This document shows positions 56,937 to 64,000 of a DNA stretch of 64,000 nt, one piece after another. A program made the translations under genes and the position numbers. The notes under the pieces are model-generated. The model searched no databases, was not told the DNA's origin, and saw only the letters and a program-made list of their open reading frames with translations. This DNA comes from an uncultured virus (IMG/VR IMGVR_UViG_3300027227_000002) (Duplodnaviria; Heunggongvirae; Uroviricota; Caudoviricetes; Crassvirales), in IMG/VR virus record IMGVR_UViG_3300027227_000002. The stretch is one strand, 5' to 3'. Numbering within the stretch: the stretch's first letter is position 1; each line of letters starts with the position of its first letter.

Positions 56937-59183
56937 TTACTGTAGTAGTTCGCTTCGTGATCCGCGATTATTATATCTAGCAAAGTTAATGCTTATTTTT
57001 GATTGCTTTTGCTCAGGCAGATACATATGCTTTTGATTGGCCATAATGGCAAGACCTGAACTAATGGTTGCGTCAAACTTTGTTCGGTTGTTAATGTCGA
57101 AACGAGCCCAATCTTCAAGCGTCCTTGTGAAATACATTTCCCCCATATCGTCAACGGGTCTATATGTTCCCTCCATATCTATGCCAACATGCTTTTCAAT
57201 ATACGACTCGACGGCAGAAGCGTGAGACTGCTTAACGTCTTCAGACGTATTGGGAATCCCACCAAGTTCGCGCTCGGTCTTGGATAGCTTGCTTGCATGC
57301 TTATCTGGACGGTTAAGGCTGAAGCCCCTATACCCTCGGTTCTTAAGGTGATAAAGCAATCGAGGCTTGTTGTTCTCCGCAAGCACTGGCATGCCATAGA
57401 AAACGCAGGCCATCAGTACATCCTCAAAGAATATTTCTGCGGTTTGAGGCCTTGCTACGTACTCCAAAAAGAAATGATTTGAAGGGGCGTCGTCCATATG
57501 AAACTTCGTCATCCCGTGCAGCGCCCCATTAGACCCGCCGCCACCAACAACGCCAGAGATGTCGTAGGAGTCACAACCAAAAGAACCAATGTGCTCATTG
57601 CCCGGAAGCTTCATTCCATTTCGCGTGTGGACATTGTTCTGTAAGTTTTTTGGCGGCAGCCAAGAGACCTTAAATCGCCCGTGCTTGTCGGGAGTCCATA
57701 CCACCTTAGTGTCCTTCTCGCCATTAAGCCAGTGAAACGAGCCGCGTGTAATAAAGTGTTCCGTTATTAAACTGTCGTTGTAGTCAATCTGCTGGTATAT
57801 TTTGGTAAGGTTGAAGATAGACGCCTTACTTTCGTCACGGAAAGCGTGAGACTCCGTTCGCGGAAACTGACGATAGAATTCATTAAGCGCATCAGAGTCA
57901 GACTTAAGGGAGGACACTTCATTGTTCCAGTAGTCAATCGCACCTATCTTAATGGTTCCTCCATCGATACCGCTTATGGGGCGTTCTGGAGCAGTTAGGA
58001 CAGGCATTCCATATCGGTCAATATACCCCTCAAAGTTCCACTCCATTGGAATAAATAAAGAGTATAGGCCACTTTTGGTCTGGCCGTTAGCTCCTCGCTT
58101 TGACATGTCAGAATCGTAGTATAATTTCTTAAAGTTGTCACCGCCTTTATCCAGAGCGTTAGAAGTGGACCCCATCATGCACTTACCAATAATCTTAGAG
58201 CCCAATCGAAGACAGGTCTTTGTTACGCGCCAGTTGTTTAGAATGTTGTCCGGTTTCATCCACTTGCCCGACTCGTCATGAATCAGCAACTGTAGCTTCT
58301 CGCCGTCATAGCTGTTGTCTGCTGTGTTTTTCCAGTCAATGGTAGTGTCCAGCCCTTCTACGTCATCCGCTTCCGTGTTGGACATATTCTTCTTTGTAAT
58401 CTTAGAGGCTGGAACACGGTATGCGAGCTCTGTCTTCGGCTTATCCATGCCATCCATAATGGGCTTGAAGAAGAAGGGCAGGTTGCTATTGATGGGCACG
58501 ACCTTATCCGTAAACATCTTCTTGGCATCCGATCCGGTCTTGGACAGAATGCCAATACGAGAGTCCTTAGCCATGGTGGCTATATTGATAGTCTCAGATG
58601 AGCCCATAAAGGAGAATCCAGATCGGCGAATCTTCAGGTAGCACATGCCGAACGAACGAACATCAGCCTTGCAAGCTTCCCAGAATATAAAGAATATTCG
58701 GTTAGCCTCACGAAAGTCCGGAAGTCCAATGTCAATCTTGGTCCACTGAAGGTACATGTAATGGGACCCCGTTATATACGTAGGCAATCCATCGTTCATA
58801 AACCAAAAGCCATTGTCTCGGCGGTCGAACTCGTCCTCAATATAGTCGACCCATCTATTCTTAAACTCAGAAGACATGTCGTGCCAAGCAAATATGGACT
58901 TTATCTTGTTGAGTTCTTTTGGGTATTCGTTAGGCTCCCAGTACTGCTCCGCCTGTTTTTTGCTGCGGGCATATACTTTTTCTGGCTGGCTGGGCAGCGC
59001 CACAAGTAAACCACTTATATTGTAGATGTCGCCAATGGTCCCATCCTTAGATATCACGACGATGTCATGCTCCTCATCGTAGCCATAAACCCAGGACTTA
59101 GCCTTGTTCTTTGACTTTATCGTAGCGGCAGGAACGACATCATAGATGACATCGTATATCTTATTTTGCTCTTCGTTCTGCAA
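56937..59183 (-). CDS. terL: Terminase large subunit (segment B)
   Basis: KIRRSGFS, LIHDESGKW, GST, GCDSYD, AENN and FDATISSGLA. Confidence 0.9.
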   Translation of the reverse strand: MQNEEQNKIYDVIYDVVPAATIKSKNKAKSWVYGYDEEHDIVVISKDGTIGDIYNISGLLVALPSQPEKVYARSKKQAEQYWEPNEYPKELNKIKSIFAWHDMSSEFKNRWVDYIEDEFDRRDNGFWFMNDGLPTYITGSHYMYLQWTKIDIGLPDFREANRIFFIFWEACKADVRSFGMCYLKIRRSGFSFMGSSETINIATMAKDSRIGILSKTGSDAKKMFTDKVVPINSNLPFFFKPIMDGMDKPKTELAYRVPASKITKKNMSNTEADDVEGLDTTIDWKNTADNSYDGEKLQLLIHDESGKWMKPDNILNNWRVTKTCLRLGSKIIGKCMMGSTSNALDKGGDNFKKLYYDSDMSKRGANGQTKSGLYSLFIPMEWNFEGYIDRYGMPVLTAPERPISGIDGGTIKIGAIDYWNNEVSSLKSDSDALNEFYRQFPRTESHAFRDESKASIFNLTKIYQQIDYNDSLITEHFITRGSFHWLNGEKDTKVVWTPDKHGRFKVSWLPPKNLQNNVHTRNGMKLPGNEHIGSFGCDSYDISGVVGGGGSNGALHGMTKFHMDDAPSNHFFLEYVARPQTAEIFFEDVLMACVFYGMPVLAENNKPRLLYHLKNRGYRGFSLNRPDKHASKLSKTERELGGIPNTSEDVKQSHASAVESYIEKHVGIDMEGTYRPVDDMGEMYFTRTLEDWARFDINNRTKFDATISSGLAIMANQKHMYLPEQKQSKISINFARYNNRGSRSELLQ

Positions 59184-59433
59184 AGCCTCCTCGTGATTTA
59201 CCCTCTTCAGCTGGAGACTCTAGCGCTGAGCGCTCGGCCTCTATGCGGGAGAGAATTTCAAATGCATCAAAGATTGCCAGTTTTTTGGTGGCGGCAGCAT
59301 TCTTAAGCCTATCCGCGGCGAGCTCGTCGTCCGGATTAGGCTTGATAATGTCCTCTTGTGCAACCTTAATTAGCTCACGCACAGCGCGTTCTCCAGCCTT
59401 GATAATTTGTAATTTAATTTCAGTGGTGTCCAT
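59161..59433 (-). CDS. Putative terminase small subunit
   Basis: Helical, overlaps the terL start, ends GGFAERRAK. Start moved to MDTTEIK. Confidence 0.5.
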   Translation of the reverse strand: MDTTEIKLQIIKAGERAVRELIKVAQEDIIKPNPDDELAADRLKNAAATKKLAIFDAFEILSRIEAERSALESPAEEGKSRGGFAERRAK

Positions 59434-59996
59434 TATAGCAAGATACAAATGTTTCCGCTATTTACCCTGTAAAGCTTTTCGCCTTCAACATTAAACTCAT
59501 ACTCGCTGTCAGGGGTAAAGGCAATCTCGTCTCCCTCCTTTAAGCCATGGGCAATCAGCTCATCTGTAATGTAGCGGATAGTTCCAACAAGCGGCTCCTC
59601 GGATCCGGGCTTAGAGATGTAGTAGTCCTTCGTCTCGACCGGCTTGATAAAGCAGTACTTGCCGGTTGTCTTCCATTCACTGCCATCATTGTATAAGAAA
59701 AACTGCCCCTCATCAATAAAGAATGTGTCGTCCTGAAAGAAGTTGTGGCTACTGCGCTCACGGCCACGCATGTCATAGTAAAACTTAAACACGTTGTGAT
59801 GAACGAGCAGTAGGTCTCCCTTCCCGATTGGGCCGTCATAACCAATGGGCACTTCCTGAACTTCGGCAAACCTATTAGACACCTTGTGGTCCTCTTTTGA
59901 GGAGCTGACAATAAAGTCTACGCCGCCGATGTCCTTGATGTTATCATACCGGCGCCCGTTAAATGGCTTAATAATAAATGACCGAGGAGACCTCAT
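59433..59996 (-). CDS. GroES-like protein with two tandem domains
   Basis: GD.LLVHHNV and EGD.IAFTPDSEYEF.VEGEKLYR, homolog of 8583-9164. Start moved to MRSPRSF. Confidence 0.7.
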   Translation of the reverse strand: MRSPRSFIIKPFNGRRYDNIKDIGGVDFIVSSSKEDHKVSNRFAEVQEVPIGYDGPIGKGDLLLVHHNVFKFYYDMRGRERSSHNFFQDDTFFIDEGQFFLYNDGSEWKTTGKYCFIKPVETKDYYISKPGSEEPLVGTIRYITDELIAHGLKEGDEIAFTPDSEYEFNVEGEKLYRVNSGNICILL

Positions 59997-60091
59997 GAGC
60001 CACAGCCTTCGCAATCTGGGTTGTCAATGCTGCATGCATTGGGCGTTTGTACTTCCTCCAAGTCGCTGATCCAGTTGTCAAAGTTGCTCAT
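59993..60091 (-). CDS. 32-aa Cys-rich peptide resembling an RNR alpha C-terminal tail
   Basis: Manual translation MSNFDNWISDLEEVQTPNACSIDNPDCEGCGS, ATGA-coupled to the GroES-like gene. Confidence 0.65.
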   Translation of the reverse strand: MSNFDNWISDLEEVQTPNACSIDNPDCEGCGS

Positions 60092-60096
60092 GTTGT

Positions 60097-60321
60097 TTAA
60101 AAATTGATGTTATACTCTATAGATATGGGCATGTTGGCATTGAACTCCTTCCAAAGAAGAACCTCGTCGCTACTCTCTACCCAAATTTTTATGTTACCAC
60201 TTTCCTTATCCATCTGGATCAGGTGTATCTTATACGACCCGCCAAGAACTTCTTGGTCAACAATATAATGCATGGCGCCAGACTTGTAGTCCGCGCCAAC
60301 GGATACTTTACGAATGTCCAT
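60097..60321 (-). CDS. Conserved phage hypothetical protein
   Basis: 74 aa, homolog of 9166-9402. Confidence 0.75.
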   Translation of the reverse strand: MDIRKVSVGADYKSGAMHYIVDQEVLGGSYKIHLIQMDKESGNIKIWVESSDEVLLWKEFNANMPISIEYNINF

Positions 60322-60328
60322 TATTTAA

Positions 60329-61342
60329 TTAAGAATATGCTGGGAACTTATAAGTCGTCCCTTCAATATTTATCTCAACCCAAGCGTCTGGTTGTCCAAG
60401 GACGATTGCCGGGTCTCCATTTGTAAACACGCTAGCAACAAGAACGGGAGCCGCTTGAGCAGGTTCTGCGCCAACGGAGCCAACTTGACCTTCAACAATA
60501 TAATCGGAGGTCCAGTTCTCCCATACGGAAAGCGCGCTATTATAACGAAGGAGCTGACCGTTTGTTGCGGTGGCAATACGAACATTATGAAGCTCGTCAA
60601 TCTCATAGCCGTTGTCGACCTTGACATAGATAGAGCCGTTATTGGGGTTTGAGTTAACGACAAATCCAACAATAACCGTATGCTGTGGAGCGATTGGCTT
60701 CACATTAGTGATGCCACCCATAACAGTTGGTGACAAATACAGCACGTCTCCCTCCATCCAGCTTTCGCCTTGAAGAGCCCCCGTGGTGTTGATGTCACGA
60801 ACCAGTCCAGAGCTGGTAATATACCCCTGTGAATTATTGCTAATGTTTTCAGTTACAATGCCAAGTGTGTCGGCACTGTTTGCATCTGAGTCTGCCATTG
60901 CGCGAGATACGGAGAGACGGTTTCCCTGAGCGCCAAGAATTTTTACTGCCTGATACCCTGCCTGAGTCAGGTTGACTCCAGACTTATTCACTACGCGAGT
61001 AACTTGCTCCTGACCAATCTGGAGGGTTACGTTGCCTCCCATTAATATGAGGTCTACCGTTCCGTCTGTTGAGTTCCACGCCATCTGGCCTACATCAGCA
61101 ACAGCTGGTCCGTCCAAAAAAGAGAGTCTATTGAGCTCCATATCCCCATCTAACGCAATGTCTTGCGTGGCAGAGTTGCCAGCATCCAATACCTCTTGAA
61201 GTGTGTTTGGCACCTCCACATAAAGGTCAGCAACGCTTTGTGCGGTAAAGTTCTTAGTGGAGTTGCTGCTCCCCGTATCGCTTCCAACAATAATATCAGA
61301 ACCCTCTGGGGCGACTACCGGGTATGTGCTAATCTTTGCCAT
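60329..61342 (-). CDS. Tail fibre or virion structural protein
   Basis: MAKISTY, TLQEVL.AGN, GDVLYLSPT and ELHNV.I....NGQLL.YN fibre motifs. TATCTTTG box at 61362-61369. Confidence 0.7.
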   Translation of the reverse strand: MAKISTYPVVAPEGSDIIVGSDTGSSNSTKNFTAQSVADLYVEVPNTLQEVLDAGNSATQDIALDGDMELNRLSFLDGPAVADVGQMAWNSTDGTVDLILMGGNVTLQIGQEQVTRVVNKSGVNLTQAGYQAVKILGAQGNRLSVSRAMADSDANSADTLGIVTENISNNSQGYITSSGLVRDINTTGALQGESWMEGDVLYLSPTVMGGITNVKPIAPQHTVIVGFVVNSNPNNGSIYVKVDNGYEIDELHNVRIATATNGQLLRYNSALSVWENWTSDYIVEGQVGSVGAEPAQAAPVLVASVFTNGDPAIVLGQPDAWVEINIEGTTYKFPAYS

Positions 61343-61369
61343 GTGATGTTATCTTAAGAGACAAAGATA

Positions 61370-61795
61370 CTAAATTTTAAAAAGGTTCTTCCTTATAATA
61401 GCCACAGCTATTGCAATCAGCAACAGCAAGACAAGTCCCCAAAATGTATATCGCTGAACTCGCTGAAATCGAGTTTCCCCAACAACCAGTTGAGGGACAG
61501 CAACGCTAATAGTACGTACAATTGTATCGGCATCACAGCCTCCATCGATTATAAGGGTGTCGTAGCTCCGCATAATCTTGACTCGGAACCTGTCCTTTAC
61601 TATCTCTACCGTGTCCACCTGTGAGATGGTGACCGTATCCCTGACAGCAATCGGCTCGGTAACAACCGTGTCCGTGACAGTCATCGTCATTGACTTCATT
61701 AATTGCGGGTTCTTGCTTACGGCTTTTGATAGATGCCATTCGGCGGAGCATCCAGTTAGTAAAAGGACTGATAAGAAATAAGCTAGGCATTTCAT
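61370..61795 (-). CDS. Putative unimolecular spanin
   Basis: Lipobox LLTG-C, beta-rich DT-repeat middle, C-terminal TM helix, directly after the endolysin. Confidence 0.65.
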   Translation of the reverse strand: MKCLAYFLSVLLLTGCSAEWHLSKAVSKNPQLMKSMTMTVTDTVVTEPIAVRDTVTISQVDTVEIVKDRFRVKIMRSYDTLIIDGGCDADTIVRTISVAVPQLVVGETRFQRVQRYTFWGLVLLLLIAIAVAIIRKNLFKI

Positions 61796-62241
61796 TTAAA
61801 ATTCACGTAAGCTGTTTTCCCGTTCTTCTTTACGGCACGAAGAATCTGACCACGGTTATTGTCAAGGCGATAGCTTACATGCACCCAGTCTGGCTGCTTG
61901 TCGTTACCAAACTCCCAGATAAGTTGATCGAATTCGATGTTGTCCTTAATGTAGTCGAAGGCCTTCTTGTTGTCGGCGATGTCAATGTCTGCCGCCGCAC
62001 CATTGATAGCGCAGTGCTGGGATGTTGTGCTCCCTCCGATGGCCTTATTTAACGCAGGAACACGCAGGCCGCTGGAGATATTGATAGGTCCAATAGCTTC
62101 GCGAAGTGGCTGTAAAACCTTATGACAAAGCTCAACTAGATTTTCCAGCTGCTCCGGGTTTGGAGAGTTGTCAATGCCAAGGCGCGTAGCCGTGGAGCTT
62201 TTTGTTAGCTCGGCAAGGGTAAAGTTTTCAGATAGTTTCAT
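61792..62241 (-). CDS. Endolysin, peptidase M15 family
   Basis: LSENFTL.E, ISSGLR...N..IGG...SQH....AADI and WVHVS. Confidence 0.9.
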   Translation of the reverse strand: MKLSENFTLAELTKSSTATRLGIDNSPNPEQLENLVELCHKVLQPLREAIGPINISSGLRVPALNKAIGGSTTSQHCAINGAAADIDIADNKKAFDYIKDNIEFDQLIWEFGNDKQPDWVHVSYRLDNNRGQILRAVKKNGKTAYVNFK

Positions 62242-62366
62242 CGCCCCTGTCCTTTGTATTGCTTCTTGTAGTTCTTGCTCGCCTTGTTAGCGCTCTCTTG
62301 CTTGGAGTGTTTGCCTCGCTTCTTGCTCTTGCTTACATACGAAGAGACTGTTTGATTTTTAGCCAT
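62238..62366 (-). CDS. Small basic protein (42 aa)
   Basis: Manual translation MAKNQTVSSYVSKSKKRGKHSK...KNYKKQYKGQGR, coupled on both sides. Confidence 0.65.
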   Translation of the reverse strand: MAKNQTVSSYVSKSKKRGKHSKQESANKASKNYKKQYKGQGR

Positions 62367-62581
62367 TACTTACGAGCAAACTTATCTAAAGAAGTGAAAC
62401 CGAAACAGCCAAGGGTCAACACCAGCGCGGCATTGACCAGCGCATCGCTTGGAGCAATCTCTTGAGGGGAAAAGGAATTGGCTACCAAGGTGGCGAAAAG
62501 AACAATGGATCCAATCAAAGCGATAAAACGCTTTGAGCTTACGGCATCGCCTTCGCTCAATAAATTTTTAATCCAGTTCAT
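62366..62581 (-). CDS. Putative holin
   Basis: 71 aa, SSKRF plus two TM helices, in the lysis cluster. Confidence 0.65.
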   Translation of the reverse strand: MNWIKNLLSEGDAVSSKRFIALIGSIVLFATLVANSFSPQEIAPSDALVNAALVLTLGCFGFTSLDKFARK

Positions 62582-62754
62582 TTCAATTGGTTTTTACGAA
62601 TTTTAATTTCAAGATATGTCTTGTAGATAAGAAAGGCAGACAAGACAATAGCGAACACCGAAGCTAAGCCCGATAACAGGGGGTTGATATCAATGGTTAC
62701 CCAACTGATAGCGGTAGACAAAAAGGTTGCTCCTACTGATTCGCTACGTGTCAT
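62578..62754 (-). CDS. Small membrane protein (holin or antiholin-like, 58 aa)
   Basis: Manual translation MTRSESVGATFLSTAISW...VFAIVLSAFLIYK...KNQLK. TATCTTTG box at 62770-62777. Confidence 0.55.
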   Translation of the reverse strand: MTRSESVGATFLSTAISWVTIDINPLLSGLASVFAIVLSAFLIYKTYLEIKIRKNQLK

Positions 62755-62811
62755 TACTTATATTTTTTACAAAGATAATACAAATAAAAAAGCTTCTTTC
62801 TGGGCTTGGTG

Positions 62812-63621
62812 TCAATAGTTAAAGGTGTCGTAGAACCACTTATACTGTTCCTTTATATGATTGCATAGCGGCAGTCCAAGCAACTCCTGTGCGCTACTAA
62901 CCAGCGGAGTGACCTTGCTGCGGATGTTGTGGTCCCCATACACGCCGTATACGGAGTCGTCCTCCTTAGTTATCTGCTCCACATTGTCAAAGTCGTGAGC
63001 ATACGCATCCAATCCCAAGAACTCATAGAGTCTATTCATCTCTCCGGCGGGGTCGATGCATAGGTTCTCATACTTAATGAAGTGAACCTTTTGACCTACC
63101 CCCTCCTTGAACATCTGAAGCAAACGCTCAAACGCCATACCCACAGGTGGTGTCGTTGACCAATACTGAACGCGCTTCTCGGTGGTGGTGTTCTGCCCCT
63201 TTGCCCAGTCAATCAATCCGGAGTCAATCTCAGGTGACTTGCGGTAGTTCTTCTCCATTGAGGCGAAGATGTCTCGTGGGTCACGAATCATGCAGACAAT
63301 CTTTGGGTCGGGGTAGAAGGCGTTAAGGAATCCGTAATGCGCTCCCCAACCACGGCTCTTGTCCATGACATGGGGCTTGTCAGTAACGCCATTAAAGAAT
63401 CCTTCAAGCCCGCTCTTGCAGAAACTCATGAACCCATCTCGCATAAGCGCTGGGTCTTGAGCCTTAAATTCTGCTCCGTTAGTATAGTATCCTCTCGCCA
63501 TGTATAGCAACTCCAACACCCCAGACGTGGGGGTCACATAGAACTCGGGGTTTTGCCCCACAATGTTTTGTAGCAGCGTTGAGCCGCTGCGCGGCAGGGA
63601 GCTCTGGAAAAATATTTTCAT
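62812..63621 (-). CDS. Sulfotransferase family protein
   Basis: 5'-PSB loop LPRSGSTLL, DKSR, 3'-PB RDPRD..AS and KYENL..DP. Confidence 0.85.
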   Translation of the reverse strand: MKIFFQSSLPRSGSTLLQNIVGQNPEFYVTPTSGVLELLYMARGYYTNGAEFKAQDPALMRDGFMSFCKSGLEGFFNGVTDKPHVMDKSRGWGAHYGFLNAFYPDPKIVCMIRDPRDIFASMEKNYRKSPEIDSGLIDWAKGQNTTTEKRVQYWSTTPPVGMAFERLLQMFKEGVGQKVHFIKYENLCIDPAGEMNRLYEFLGLDAYAHDFDNVEQITKEDDSVYGVYGDHNIRSKVTPLVSSAQELLGLPLCNHIKEQYKWFYDTFNY

Positions 63622-63633
63622 TTGATTTAAATT

Positions 63634-63660
63634 AAAAAGGGGCGCTGCAAGGCGCCCCTT
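63634..63660 (-). terminator. Intrinsic terminator
   Basis: AAGGGGCGC/GCGCCCCTT hairpin with a T run on the minus strand. Confidence 0.65.
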
Positions 63661-63674
63661 GTTTATGTATACTA

Positions 63675-63977
63675 TTAGGCAGTATGCGCCATCATCTCGG
63701 CAACAAGGGCAGAGAGTTTTGCAGAGTCAAGGTCAGCAAGGTCAAAGCCGTAGGTTCCTACTTTCTTTTGACCGAGGTGAGAAACCTTGCCGTGAGCAAA
63801 AATATGGATGACATGGTGGTCTTTCTCCTCTACATCAGCAGGTTTCTTGGATTTAACATCTGCTACTACATCAGCAAGAGTAGTTAGTGATGCTTGGGGA
63901 ACTTGCTTGTTGAAGCCATTGCCGATGATTTGGGCAAGACTAGTTCCGAAGATGTGGATAGTTGAAAAATCAGACAT
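63675..63977 (-). CDS. Hypothetical protein
   Basis: 100-aa ORF with an internal IHIF duplication. Confidence 0.7.
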   Translation of the reverse strand: MSDFSTIHIFGTSLAQIIGNGFNKQVPQASLTTLADVVADVKSKKPADVEEKDHHVIHIFAHGKVSHLGQKKVGTYGFDLADLDSAKLSALVAEMMAHTA

Positions 63978-64000
63978 TTTGTTTAGTGTTTATTTGTTAT

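Noticed and set aside
1..64000. Stop-codon reassignment or an integrated prophage
   Set aside because: Genes are full length in the standard code, the only tRNA is not a suppressor, and no integrase, att site or host genes were seen.

Overview
This window is bacteriophage DNA from tailed, podovirus-like dsDNA phages of Bacteroidota. The host assignment rests on many TAnnTTTG promoters and A-rich leaders without Shine-Dalgarno sites. It appears to hold parts of two related but clearly diverged genomes. Segment A (about 1-22.9 kb) has tail-fibre genes, portal, terminase and a GroES-like gene on the minus strand, a non-coding divergence region, then an early and recombination arm on the plus strand. 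Segment B (about 22.9-64 kb) has a replication arm on the plus strand converging on a full virion module on the minus strand: a 3119-aa polyvalent protein, tail proteins, major capsid, a second portal and terminase, lysis genes and a sulfotransferase. The segments meet at an array of tiny genes joined by a 26-bp direct repeat. The most striking signal is in the early operon of segment A. Four type I hammerhead ribozymes sit between genes. Three further core-less sites (hairpin + GGTC^TTAACC) match the binding arms of those ribozymes and lie 21-23 nt before a start codon. This suggests ribozyme-based processing of a polycistronic phage mRNA, possibly partly in trans. All structures were derived by eye and all product names come from motif recognition; no database search or folding program was run.
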